The notes under the pieces were generated by a model. That model did no database searches, was not told the DNA's origin, and worked only from the letters and a program-made list of their open reading frames with translations. A stretch of 64,000 nucleotides of DNA, from NCBI RefSeq assembly GCF_049075655.1, contig NZ_CP157522.1, forward strand, positions 384,001-448,000. The letters are read 5' to 3'. The translations under genes and the position numbers were made by a program. Source of the stretch: Methanothermococcus sp. Ax23. Lineage in GTDB: Archaea; AGJL01; Methanococci; Methanococcales; Methanococcaceae. Shown piece after piece: positions 21,229-31,594 of the stretch; positions within the stretch are counted from its first letter, which is position 1; each line of letters begins with the position of its first letter.

Positions 21229-23895
21229 TTATTCATATTTTGATTTAACCTTTGTAAATATTTTATCCAAATCCACAGCTTTTCCATGGTCTGCTTTGGA
21301 TGGGTCCACATAATCCTCTCCATAAGCGAACTGAACAATGAGTCCTTTTGAATCTCTTACGGTACCATCATATTCTGCTTTTAAGTCTTGAAGAGCATTA
21401 ACGAGTCTTCTCTGCATATATCCTGACTGTGCAGTTCTGACCGCCTGGTCGACAAGCCCTTCTCTTCCCCCCATAGCGTGGAAGAAGTATTCTGTTGGTG
21501 AAAGACCTTTCTTATAACAGCTTCTAACGAAACCGTGTGATTTTGCAGATAAACTACCTTTTTCAAAGTGTGGAAGTGTTCTTCCTCTATAACCTCTGAA
21601 AACCCTGCCACCCCTGACAGCCTGCTGACCGACACATCCTGCCATCATTGTAATGTTCAACAATGAACCTCTTGCACCGGTCCTTGCCATCACTGCGGCA
21701 TGGTTATCTTCACCTAAATACCTCTCTGCAATCTTACCTGCTTCATCCCTTGCTTTACCAAGTATCTGCATAATATAAGCTTCCCTTGATTCTTCTAATC
21801 CTCTACCTGGCAGCGGTTCAAGAGTTCCCTCTTCATACTGTTTGATAATCTCTTCAACCTGCTCCTCTGCCTTGTCCAGTGATTTTTGAATCTCTTCAAT
21901 TGCCTCTTCTGGAATATCCTCATCATCGATACCTGTGGTGAATCCTTTTATCATCATTGCTCTGATGGACATTTTAGTTGCAGCATCCAAGAATTTTCTT
22001 GCCTCTTCTGAACCAAATTCCTTAACTATCATGTTTAATATAATTCCTGCCTCAGAACCGTATCCGTTTTTATCAACGACCCCTTTAATTAACTTACCAT
22101 TTTTGATGATTACATAGGCATCATAAGGGCAGTTTTCTTCCAGACATTCATCACACTTTTTACAGATTTTTGCCCTATATCTTAAATTCAAATCATTTGG
22201 TAGTGTCCTACTGAATAGATTTTTTCCACTGTATAATTCCTTATCATCTTCAACAATATCAGGTTCTCCTAAATCATCTTTAAGACCTGAACCTCTCAAT
22301 ATAATAGATGCCTCATCCTTTGTAAAGTAGGAGCTCGTCAATACATAAGCACCTGAGATGAAATCGTGAATTGCACCAATGATAGGTCCACCATATCTTG
22401 GAGATACTATGTGTTTTTCTACAAGCATTAGAGTTTCAGCCTCTGCCCTGGCTTCTTCTAACTGAGGAACGTGGAGGTTCATTTCGTCCCCATCGAAGTC
22501 AGCGTTATATGGGGGACAAACGCACAGGTTGTGCCTGAATGTTCTATATGGCAAAACTTTAACTTTATGTGCCATGATTGACATCCTGTGAAGTGAAGGT
22601 TGCCTGTTGTAAAGAACAATATCTCCGTCCATCAAATGCCTTTCAACAATCATTCCTTCTTCAATTTTATCAATCCAGACTTCTTTATTTTTATCAGTTA
22701 TTTTTATCTTTAATTCATCTTCCTTTCCATCCCTCGTCCTTACCTTTTTTATAAGATAATTTACACCCGGATGTTTTTCTGAACCATTTTTAAGGAGCTC
22801 CTTTATTTTGCCAATATTGTATCTTGTAACCTTTTCTGGAACTGTTAATTCCCTTGCAATTTTTTCTGGAACTCCAACTTCATTTATACTTAAACATGGG
22901 TCTGGCGAAATAACGGTCCTTGCAGAGAAATTAACCCTTTTACCAGCGAGATTATGCCTAAATCTTCCTTCTTTACCTTTTAACCTCTGTGCAATTGTCC
23001 TAAGAGGTCTTCCGCTTCTGTGTCTTGCAGGAGGCGTTCCCGGTGCTTCGTTGTCAAAGTATGTGTTTATGTGATATTGCAACAAATCCCAAAGGTCTTC
23101 TATGATTAAGTTCGGAGCTCCTCCTTCAATATTTTCCTCCAACCTTTGATTGATTCTAATAATATCCACTAATTTATGGGTTAAGTCATCTTCACTTCTT
23201 TCCCCGCTTTCAAGGGTAATGGATGGTCTTACAGTAACTGGCGGCACAGGAAGAACTGTTAAAATCATCCATTCTGGTCTTGCAACTTCTGGATTTATTC
23301 CCAATAATGTGCAATCCTCATTAGGTATTTTTTCAAGAATTTCCCTAACTTCTGAAGATGTAATCTGTCTTTGAGCTTTTCCATCTATTTGGTAGTAGGT
23401 TGTTGGTTTAGAGTATTTAACATCATATTTAACCTCACCGCAGTATGGGCATATATCTTTTCCTGCGGCTTCTTTTAAAATTTCATCAGCCAATGCCCAT
23501 TTATCTCCACCTTCTTCTTCCAATTTTTTCATCTTTTCAAGATAATCTGCCCTTTTTGTTTCATTTATGGCAACTTTTCCACAGTGCGGACATACTGCCT
23601 TTAAAATCTTATAGATATCCTTTGCAAATCCTATATGGACCACAGGTTTTGAGAGCTCGATATGTCCAAAATGCCCAGGACAGCTACCGACCCTACCACC
23701 GCATGTTTTACAAACTAATCCAGGGTCTATCACACCCAATCTTGTGTCCATCAATCCGCCATCAATTGGATAACCGTCATCATCATAGGTATCTGCTGTT
23801 ACGATTTTTGCAACAGATATTTTTCTAATATACTCAGGAGATAACAACCCAAATACAATCTCTCCAATTTCCTTTGGAACATCAAATTTATCCAT
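21229..23895 (-). CDS. rpoA1: RNA polymerase subunit A' (Rpo1N)
   Basis: Catalytic NADFDGD motif, CPGHFGHIEL, GKEGRFR. Confidence 0.97.
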   Translation of the reverse strand: MDKFDVPKEIGEIVFGLLSPEYIRKISVAKIVTADTYDDDGYPIDGGLMDTRLGVIDPGLVCKTCGGRVGSCPGHFGHIELSKPVVHIGFAKDIYKILKAVCPHCGKVAINETKRADYLEKMKKLEEEGGDKWALADEILKEAAGKDICPYCGEVKYDVKYSKPTTYYQIDGKAQRQITSSEVREILEKIPNEDCTLLGINPEVARPEWMILTVLPVPPVTVRPSITLESGERSEDDLTHKLVDIIRINQRLEENIEGGAPNLIIEDLWDLLQYHINTYFDNEAPGTPPARHRSGRPLRTIAQRLKGKEGRFRHNLAGKRVNFSARTVISPDPCLSINEVGVPEKIARELTVPEKVTRYNIGKIKELLKNGSEKHPGVNYLIKKVRTRDGKEDELKIKITDKNKEVWIDKIEEGMIVERHLMDGDIVLYNRQPSLHRMSIMAHKVKVLPYRTFRHNLCVCPPYNADFDGDEMNLHVPQLEEARAEAETLMLVEKHIVSPRYGGPIIGAIHDFISGAYVLTSSYFTKDEASIILRGSGLKDDLGEPDIVEDDKELYSGKNLFSRTLPNDLNLRYRAKICKKCDECLEENCPYDAYVIIKNGKLIKGVVDKNGYGSEAGIILNMIVKEFGSEEARKFLDAATKMSIRAMMIKGFTTGIDDEDIPEEAIEEIQKSLDKAEEQVEEIIKQYEEGTLEPLPGRGLEESREAYIMQILGKARDEAGKIAERYLGEDNHAAVMARTGARGSLLNITMMAGCVGQQAVRGGRVFRGYRGRTLPHFEKGSLSAKSHGFVRSCYKKGLSPTEYFFHAMGGREGLVDQAVRTAQSGYMQRRLVNALQDLKAEYDGTVRDSKGLIVQFAYGEDYVDPSKADHGKAVDLDKIFTKVKSKYE

Positions 23896-24013
23896 GCAAT
23901 TTCACCCATTAGTATAAATTATTGGCGTTTTAGTGTATATAATAAATATTATGGTAAATATGACAAAAATATAAAATAAAAATATAAATAAAATTTTTTA
24001 TAATCAACGGCAA

Positions 24014-25858
24014 TTATGCCCTATCTTTTAGCTCTAATTTTGGATTGATACCCATACTTCTGAGCTCATCAAGCAATAGTTTAAATGCATAAGGAAGTTT
24101 AACCGGTGGTATCTTTCTATCACTTTGAATGTCTTCGGTTTCTCCACAAACTGGACAGTATTTAATACCTCTTTTATGGTCGTATATTGCAACTTCCCCA
24201 CATTTTGAACATATATAGCATTCGTAAGGGTCGGATTCATCAAACAGCCTTTCTTTCAACAACAATGCTGCACCATGCCCGATAAGAACATCTCTTTCCA
24301 TTTCCCCGAATCTTAAACCACCTTCTCTTGCCCTACCTTCTGTTGGCTGTCTTGTGAGCACCTGTATAGGACCTCTACTTCTTGCATGTATCTTCCCTGC
24401 AACCAAGTGGTGCAACTTCTGGTAGTATGCAATTCCAACGAATATTTCGCATTCCAATTTCTTTCCAGTTTTTCCATCATACATTACTTCTTTACCGTGA
24501 TGCTTAAAGCCGTATTTTTCAAATGTTCTTCTTAAATCCCATTCTTTTTCTCCGCTGAATATCGTTCCATCTACCCTTCTACACTCCATTGCCCCTACTT
24601 TACCACCAATCATCTCTAAAACCTGACCAATGGTCATCCTTGATGGAATTGCGTGAGGGTTGATAATTAAATCTGGAAATACTCCATTTTCTGTAAATGG
24701 CATGTCTTCCTGAGGGACTATAAGACCTATAACCCCCTTCTGACCGTGCCTTGAAGCAAATTTGTCTCCCAATTCTGGTATCCTCAAATCCCTTACTCTA
24801 ATTTTTGCCAGTCTGTTTCCTTCTTTTGTTTCTGACAGAATAACTGCATCTACAATACCTCCCTCTCCATGTCTTACAGTGACGGAGGTGTCCCTTCTCT
24901 GAGATTTTGTTCTTAAAGATATATCCTGTTCCTCCAAAAATCTCGGTGGTGAGGTTTTACCTATGATTACATCCCCTGATTTTACTTCGGATTCTACCTC
25001 TACGATACCATCGTCCCCTAAATTCCTATAAGCATCTTCTGCCCTATATCCTCTAACTCCCTGTTCTGGAACTTCAAATCTATCGAGTTGCCCACCAGGG
25101 TATCTCTTTTCAAAACCTTCATAACTTCTAAAAAAGCTACTTCTACCAAGACCTCTTTCAATGGATGCCTTGTTGATTATAAAAGCATCCTCCATATTAT
25201 AACCTTCATAACTCATTACAGCTACAACAAAATTCTGTCCAGCCGGTCTTTTATCAAATCCAAGTATTTCTTGGTGTTTTGTCCTTACAATTGGAACATG
25301 AGGATAGTGGAGAAGATGCCCTTTTGTATCCATCCTTAATTTTAAGTTCGACATTGGAATACCAAGGGACTGTTTCCCCATCGCCGCTGCCATTGTAATC
25401 CTTGGAGCAGAGTTGTGTTCTGGATATGGAGCAACCCCTGCACCAATACCTAATATAGACATAGGGTCAATTTCCAAATGAGTATGATTTTCATTTAATT
25501 CCTTTTCATAAACTGCAATATACGCATTTTCCTCTTCTTCTGCATCCAAATATTCAATAACTCCTTCATTAACTAAATCTGAGAAAGTAATTTCTCCATT
25601 CCTCAACTTCTCAATATGTTCTTCTGTTAATTTTGGTTTTCCATTTTCAACCACTATCAACGGTCTTATGGCTCTACCTGCGTCTGTTGATATGTGAATA
25701 TCGTTGCTCTCCTCATTATAGGATATCGAAGTATATGGTGAGAGCTCCCCATTTCTTCTTTTTTCCCTTAAATATTTTACAAATTCCTCAGGATTATCTA
25801 CTGAACCTACCAATTTTCCATTAACATACAAATTTGTCTGTTTTTCCAAGGTTTTCAC
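24014..25858 (-). CDS. rpoB1: RNA polymerase subunit B' (Rpo2C)
   Basis: [29 protein letters not shown]. Confidence 0.96.
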   Translation of the reverse strand: MKTLEKQTNLYVNGKLVGSVDNPEEFVKYLREKRRNGELSPYTSISYNEESNDIHISTDAGRAIRPLIVVENGKPKLTEEHIEKLRNGEITFSDLVNEGVIEYLDAEEEENAYIAVYEKELNENHTHLEIDPMSILGIGAGVAPYPEHNSAPRITMAAAMGKQSLGIPMSNLKLRMDTKGHLLHYPHVPIVRTKHQEILGFDKRPAGQNFVVAVMSYEGYNMEDAFIINKASIERGLGRSSFFRSYEGFEKRYPGGQLDRFEVPEQGVRGYRAEDAYRNLGDDGIVEVESEVKSGDVIIGKTSPPRFLEEQDISLRTKSQRRDTSVTVRHGEGGIVDAVILSETKEGNRLAKIRVRDLRIPELGDKFASRHGQKGVIGLIVPQEDMPFTENGVFPDLIINPHAIPSRMTIGQVLEMIGGKVGAMECRRVDGTIFSGEKEWDLRRTFEKYGFKHHGKEVMYDGKTGKKLECEIFVGIAYYQKLHHLVAGKIHARSRGPIQVLTRQPTEGRAREGGLRFGEMERDVLIGHGAALLLKERLFDESDPYECYICSKCGEVAIYDHKRGIKYCPVCGETEDIQSDRKIPPVKLPYAFKLLLDELRSMGINPKLELKDRA

Positions 25859-25966
25859 CTTTTAAATAAAATTTTTAAAGTTATTCTTCTTTTATTATCT
25901 TTATTTTATTATTTTATTTTTATTCTTTTATACTTTATTTTATCTCATATAGCTTATTTCGTTTAA

Positions 25967-27484
25967 TTAATACTCATCTTTAACTGATTTTACGAGGCCT
26001 GATTCCTTTAATAAATTTAATATTTTCTCATCATCTTCATCAGTTGTAACCTTACACATCACTGCAATGTTTTTAACAAGACCACAATTTGGACCTTCTG
26101 GTGTTTCTGATGGACAGATTTTTCCCCACTGAGTTGCGTGTAAATCCCTTGCCTCAAAGTGTGGTTGTGACCTTGACAACGGAGATACAAGCCTTCTTAA
26201 CTGGGAAACCGTAGCAAGATAACTTGTTCTATCCAATAACTGACTTACACCAGTTCTACCTCCCACCCAGTTTCCGGTAGCCATTGCATGCCTTATTCTT
26301 TCAGTTAAAACATCACTTCTAACTGCTGCCTGGATTGAAGGGGATTTGTTTCTTATTGCCTGCCTCTCCAATTGATATTTTATATCTTTCATTAATTGGT
26401 TGAATGAATATCTAAATAAATCTTCCATTAAGTCCCCTGCCAATTTCAATCTCTTGTTTGCGTAGTGGTCTTTATCATCCTCTACCCTAAGACCCAAATA
26501 TAATTCAATAGCGTTTTTTGCCATTCTTCCTAAAAATATGCATTTTTCAATTAAATCTTCTTTTTCTACGCCCATGTGTGGCAATAAATAATTACATAAT
26601 ATTGTTTCAGCCCTTTTAAGTCGGTACTCTTTTGGCTGTCCAGGAGCTACTCTTTTTCCAATATATTCCAGTGCATCCTCTCTTGTAATAATATTGTGTT
26701 CTTCTCTGATTTCCAAAATGTTTGCGATTAACTGCATGGTTATTGTTGGGTCTTCGGATATCATTTTAAATATATCACTATCGTTTTCTGCTCCAAGAGC
26801 CTTCATTAAAATTATCAGTGGAATATTTCCTGACATTCCCGGGAATGTTGCATTTAATCTTCCATCTTCATGTCTTTCCACAGTACATAATGCCCTAAAT
26901 CCATGTCTTGTTGAAAATACTTTTGCAATATAAACTGTTTTACCACTCTTCACTACTTTTTCACATAAAATCCTATTTGGAATTAAATCTTCCTGAGCTA
27001 CTACTGCCTTCTCAGAACCATTAACTATAAAATAACCTAATGGGTCTTCCGGGTCTTCACCCATGCTTATTAATTCCTCTCTGGTTTTTCCATATAAGTG
27101 GCATGCCTTTGAACCGAGCATTACAGGGAGCTCCCCTATATATACTTCAACGGTCTCACCAAGTGTTTCTTCGGTACCATCTTCTCCACCAATAATCGGG
27201 GTCATCTCCAAATAAACAGGGGCTGAATAAGATAGATTTCTTATTCTAGCTTCCATAGGAGTTATTTCTTTAACTGAACCGTCTGCTTCCTTATTTATCG
27301 GTTTTCCTACTCTAATCTTTCCAAATTTTACTTTATATCCGCCTTTAACTTCGGTTTCTACAAGACCTACTTCATCAAGTATTTTTTGGATGCTACTTTC
27401 TATAAATTTGTTATATGAGTCTATATGGTGCTTCACCAAACTATTTTCTTTAAAAAATGAATCAACAATTATTCGGGATTCCAT
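25967..27484 (-). CDS. rpoB2: RNA polymerase subunit B'' (Rpo2N)
   Basis: GYFIVNGSEK, DDKDHYANKR, ETPEGPNCGLVKN. Confidence 0.96.
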   Translation of the reverse strand: MESRIIVDSFFKENSLVKHHIDSYNKFIESSIQKILDEVGLVETEVKGGYKVKFGKIRVGKPINKEADGSVKEITPMEARIRNLSYSAPVYLEMTPIIGGEDGTEETLGETVEVYIGELPVMLGSKACHLYGKTREELISMGEDPEDPLGYFIVNGSEKAVVAQEDLIPNRILCEKVVKSGKTVYIAKVFSTRHGFRALCTVERHEDGRLNATFPGMSGNIPLIILMKALGAENDSDIFKMISEDPTITMQLIANILEIREEHNIITREDALEYIGKRVAPGQPKEYRLKRAETILCNYLLPHMGVEKEDLIEKCIFLGRMAKNAIELYLGLRVEDDKDHYANKRLKLAGDLMEDLFRYSFNQLMKDIKYQLERQAIRNKSPSIQAAVRSDVLTERIRHAMATGNWVGGRTGVSQLLDRTSYLATVSQLRRLVSPLSRSQPHFEARDLHATQWGKICPSETPEGPNCGLVKNIAVMCKVTTDEDDEKILNLLKESGLVKSVKDEY

Positions 27485-27598
27485 ACTTTCCCCCTTGTAT
27501 TAATGTGATTAAAATAATTTAAGATTATTAATTATTAATAATTTAATATATCTATAATGAATTAAAATTGTAAATCGTTTAAAAATAACATATATTCT

Positions 27599-27835
27599 TT
27601 AAATTGTTTTTTTAATGACTAATCTATAATATATACTCTCTTCTGCGGTGGGGCTTTTTCTAGTTATTTTAACAACGTCACCAGCTTTTGCCCCAATTTC
27701 TTCAATAACTGGGTCGGTATCAAATATTTTCGGTAGTTGCTGTAGTTTTATACCATATTTTTCAAGTAATTTTGGAATTTCTTCTTTTGGTATAACTTCA
27801 TGTTTAGGAACCATTTGGTGTGATGACACTTTCAC
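27599..27835 (-). CDS. rpoH: RNA polymerase subunit H (Rpo5)
   Basis: [33 protein letters not shown]. Confidence 0.96.
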   Translation of the reverse strand: MKVSSHQMVPKHEVIPKEEIPKLLEKYGIKLQQLPKIFDTDPVIEEIGAKAGDVVKITRKSPTAEESIYYRLVIKKTI

Positions 27836-28122
27836 AATATGGCCTCCGTAGATTTAAAATAGAATAAACTTATCATGTGCATCATACAAAATAATTCCTA
27901 CTACTATTTATTTTTTTCGCTTAATTGCAATTCCTAAAAAAAATTTTTAATAAAAAATATGATAAACATATAATAGGAATATAATAAGAATACAATATAC
28001 TGCCATAATCATTGATAATTATCTTTACTTAAATTCTTTATATTTAATTAATTGTATCCAATATATTTATATATTAGGTTGTTAATAAGCTATAAAAATA
28101 AATTCATAAGGATGATGATATT

Positions 28123-29661
28123 ATGAAAACTATCAAAGAAATTAATGAAAAGATAAAAAACGGAGAAGCTGTGGTAGTGACTTCCGAAGAAATGATTAAA
28201 ATTGTAGATGAAGTCGGTGCAAAAAATGCAGCGAAAGAAGTGGATGTAGTTACAACAGGAACTTTCGGAGCTATGTGTTCTAGTGGAGTATTTTTAAACT
28301 TTGGACATTCAGACCCCCCAATAAAAATGATAAAAACATATTTAAATGGTGTAGAAGCATATTCTGGGCTTGCCGCAGTAGATGCCTATTTAGGAGCTAC
28401 CCAGCCAAATTCAGATGATGATATAGATATTGATTATGGCGGAGCTCATGTGATAGAGGACTTGGTGGCAGGTAAAGAGATTGAGCTCATTGCGGAAGGA
28501 TATACAACAGACTGCTATCCTAGAAAAAGGGTATCTACTACAATAACAATAGATGATTTAAATCAGGCCATACTTCTTAATCCAAGAAACTGCTACCAAA
28601 CCTATGCAGCAGCAACAAACAGCAGGGACGAAAAGATATATACCTACATGGGAACTCTCCTCCCAGAATTTGGAAATATAAACTACTCAGGGGCTGGACA
28701 GTTAAATCCACTTCAAAACGATTATAACAAGGCGACCAAGTCATACAATACCATAGGTATTGGAACGAGAATATTCCTAGGTGGCGGAATTGGATATATA
28801 GTGGGCGAAGGTACCCAGCACAATCCAGACACCGCATTTGGAACATTTATGGTGAAAGGAGATTTAAAAACAATGAACAGCGAATATCTCAGAGGAGCCA
28901 CAATTCCAAAATATGGAAGCACATTATTTGTAGGCATTGGAGTTCCAATTCCTGTTTTAAATGAAGATATTGCAAAAGCATGTGCCATAAGGGATGAAGA
29001 TATTGAAGTTCCAATAGTTGATTATGGAGTTCCAAGAAGGGAACGACCTATTGTAGCAAAAACCAACTATAAAGAATTAAGAAAGGGGGAGCTCACCCTT
29101 GAATTAAATGGTAATGGAACTAAAAAAATCGAAAAGACCATAAAAACTGCGCCCGTATCTAGCTATAAAAAATCTAGGGAAGTTGCAGAGGAACTTAAAA
29201 ATTGGATATTAAATGGAGAATTTTTATTAACTGAGAGAGTCGATGTTTTCGGAAAAGGTTCTGCCAAACCAATGAAAGCAAAGGCGAAACTTGTGGGAGA
29301 TATCATAAGCAAACCTCCAATTGTGGGAAAATCTGACATAACAATTGATGAAGCTTCAAAAATATTAATTGAAAATGATATTAACCACCTGCCAATCGTC
29401 GATGAGAATAATATATTAATAGGTATTTTAACCTCATGGGACATAGCAAGGGCAGTAGCGCAGAATAAAAAATCAATATCCGAAATAATGACAAGACACA
29501 TTATCAGTTCAACAGTTGATGAACCAATCGATGTTGTGGCAAGGAAAATGAGTAGAAACAATATATCTGGCGTTCCAGTCGTGGATAAAAACGGCAAGGT
29601 TTTGGGTGTAGTAACCGCAGAAGACCTATCAAAGCTCATAGGGATGAGAATGAAGATATAA
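28123..29661 (+). CDS. Homocysteine biosynthesis enzyme (DUF39 + 2xCBS; aspartate-semialdehyde sulfurtransferase, MJ0100-like)
   Basis: VDVVTTGTFGAMCSSG, YGGAHVIEDL, TDCYPR, GTQH motifs and a C-terminal CBS pair. Confidence 0.88.
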   Translation: MKTIKEINEKIKNGEAVVVTSEEMIKIVDEVGAKNAAKEVDVVTTGTFGAMCSSGVFLNFGHSDPPIKMIKTYLNGVEAYSGLAAVDAYLGATQPNSDDDIDIDYGGAHVIEDLVAGKEIELIAEGYTTDCYPRKRVSTTITIDDLNQAILLNPRNCYQTYAAATNSRDEKIYTYMGTLLPEFGNINYSGAGQLNPLQNDYNKATKSYNTIGIGTRIFLGGGIGYIVGEGTQHNPDTAFGTFMVKGDLKTMNSEYLRGATIPKYGSTLFVGIGVPIPVLNEDIAKACAIRDEDIEVPIVDYGVPRRERPIVAKTNYKELRKGELTLELNGNGTKKIEKTIKTAPVSSYKKSREVAEELKNWILNGEFLLTERVDVFGKGSAKPMKAKAKLVGDIISKPPIVGKSDITIDEASKILIENDINHLPIVDENNILIGILTSWDIARAVAQNKKSISEIMTRHIISSTVDEPIDVVARKMSRNNISGVPVVDKNGKVLGVVTAEDLSKLIGMRMKI

Positions 29662-29707
29662 TTTAATTAATTTCATATTTTATTATTTATTATATATTGG
29701 TGGTATT

Positions 29708-30106
29708 ATGAAAAAAAGGATATACTACTGGGTAGCCGAGGAATTTATAAACAAACCCATAATCTCAGAAGTGGTATTAAAAACAAAAATTATGGTAAAT
29801 ATACTAATGGCAAAAATAAAACCGCAGGAAAGCTTTTTAATGCTTGAACTAAAAGGAGACGAAAAGCAATTAAACGATGCTTTGGAAATCTTAACAACGT
29901 ATGGGGAAGTTGAAGATATCCCTAAAATAATACAAAAAAATGATGATAAGTGCATAGATTGTGGAGCCTGTTTAGTTCATTGTCCTGTTAAGGCAATAAC
30001 CATGGATGATGATTTCAAAATAGTATTTGATGAGAATGAATGTATTGGATGTAAGAATTGTGTCAAAGTCTGTCCCGTTAAAGCGATAGATGTCTTCGAT
30101 TTATAA
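29708..30106 (+). CDS. NIL domain + 2x[4Fe-4S] ferredoxin (MJ0099-like partner)
   Basis: VNILMA NIL motif, two CxxCxxCxxxCP motifs; follows the DUF39 gene. Confidence 0.85.
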   Translation: MKKRIYYWVAEEFINKPIISEVVLKTKIMVNILMAKIKPQESFLMLELKGDEKQLNDALEILTTYGEVEDIPKIIQKNDDKCIDCGACLVHCPVKAITMDDDFKIVFDENECIGCKNCVKVCPVKAIDVFDL

Positions 30107-30241
30107 TTTATAATTTAATAATTCAATTTAAATTTTGATATTTAATAAAAATAAAATAAAATATTCTATTTTTTAAGAATAAATCATCATATTGCATATT
30201 ATCCGGCAATCTCTTGCAACATAAACTTTTTTGGTGATATT

Positions 30242-31162
30242 ATGAAATGCAGCATTTGTAAAAAAAACATAACTATCTATCATCAACGCCATTCTGGCTT
30301 AAACTTCTGTAAGGAGTGTTTTATAAGCTATGTAAAAAAGAAAGTTAGAAAAACTCTTGGTAAGAATATAATAAAGCAGAACATCAAAATAGGTATGGGA
30401 TTAAGCGGTGGAAAAGACAGTTTAGTAATGGCACATATCTTAAACGAATTTTACAAGCCAATACCTAACTCAAATATAGTTGGTCTTATCGTTGATGAAG
30501 GTATTGAAGGGTTTAGAAGGGATGGAATAGATGCAGCAATTAAATTTTGTGAAGAATACAACATAGAGTATAAAATAGCAACCTTTGAAGACCATATTGG
30601 GTATAATTTAGATGAAATTGTCAAAATAGCGAAAGATAAAAACCTTACAATGAACCCATGTTCATTCTGTGGAGTGATTAGAAGAAAAATATTGAATAAA
30701 ATGGCATTAAATGAAAAATGCAGCTATTTGGCAATAGGTCATAATTTAGATGATATATCCCAGGCTGTAATGATGAACTACATTGAGGGAGATATTAAAA
30801 AATTGGCAATTTTGGGGAAAAATGTAGATAATCCAATGTTTGTTAAAAGAATAAAGCCATTAAAAAACATTCCAGAAGATGAAGTTTTATTATTTGCTGA
30901 TTTGCTTGGAATGAAATATCATAAAGCACCCTGTCCATATTCCTCAATTTCATATAGGGCAGAGGTATCTGATATAGTTGATAAACTTGAAGAAAACCAT
31001 CCCGGAGCAAAATACTCCATTGTTTCAGGTTTTGAAAAACTTTTAGAATATTTGCCTGTTGAGAAGGAAATGAATGTATGTAAATACTGTAAAGACCCAT
31101 CAGCTTCTGAAATATGTAAAGTTTGCATGTTTTTAGAAAAGTTGGGCATACTTGACGTTTAA
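30242..31162 (+). CDS. tRNA 2-thiolation protein (TtuA/Ncs6, TIGR00269-like)
   Basis: N-terminal Zn finger, SGGKDS PP-loop, CSFCGV.RR, GHNLDD, CPY and C-terminal CxxC..CxxC. Confidence 0.87.
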   Translation: MKCSICKKNITIYHQRHSGLNFCKECFISYVKKKVRKTLGKNIIKQNIKIGMGLSGGKDSLVMAHILNEFYKPIPNSNIVGLIVDEGIEGFRRDGIDAAIKFCEEYNIEYKIATFEDHIGYNLDEIVKIAKDKNLTMNPCSFCGVIRRKILNKMALNEKCSYLAIGHNLDDISQAVMMNYIEGDIKKLAILGKNVDNPMFVKRIKPLKNIPEDEVLLFADLLGMKYHKAPCPYSSISYRAEVSDIVDKLEENHPGAKYSIVSGFEKLLEYLPVEKEMNVCKYCKDPSASEICKVCMFLEKLGILDV

Positions 31163-31273
31163 TCATATATATACATTAGTTTATTATTTAATTTTTTATA
31201 TGCTAATATCAAATACTCCTTATAGGGCATTATATAATTTTAGTTAATGATTATTTTGCTTATTTATTTTTAC

Positions 31274-31594
31274 GATAAACCGCCGGGAAAGCCAACGACT
31301 TCAGTCGTTATACAAAACATAGTTTTGTAAAATCTCTTACGAGATTGGATGAGAGGCGGACATTATATCGGCTAGTAAGTAGTAAAATATAAATATGTGA
31401 AGATTAGTAGTAAGTAACGCTACCAGTCCAAGTATCTATGGGTAGGGTTAGTGAAAACTCTACCGCTGGTAGTGGTTGGAAGTGCATAGCGTAGCCCTGA
31501 ACCCATTAATGGGTAGGGATAGTGGGCTTGGCCACCCGTGTAGGGTTAAACCCTACTAAAAGAACCCAACGAGTTCACTCGTTGGAGTAGGTCA
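31274..31594 (+). mobile_element. Non-autonomous IS200/IS605 derivative (PATE-like, 321 bp) of the tnpB element at 47441-48820
   Basis: TTAC|GATAAACCGCC left end and ..GGAGTAGGTCA right end match the reverse complement of the 47441-48820 ends; subterminal hairpins present; no ORF. Confidence 0.88.
31487..31594 (+). ncRNA. TnpB omegaRNA (reRNA) scaffold, orphan copy
   Basis: Colinear with the tnpB 3' end and right end (47441-47550), with compensatory stem changes. Confidence 0.65.

Noticed and set aside
25870-25945. TTATT/TTTTA low-complexity repeats in intergenic DNA
   Set aside because: Ordinary AT-rich spacer or terminator-like sequence found throughout the window
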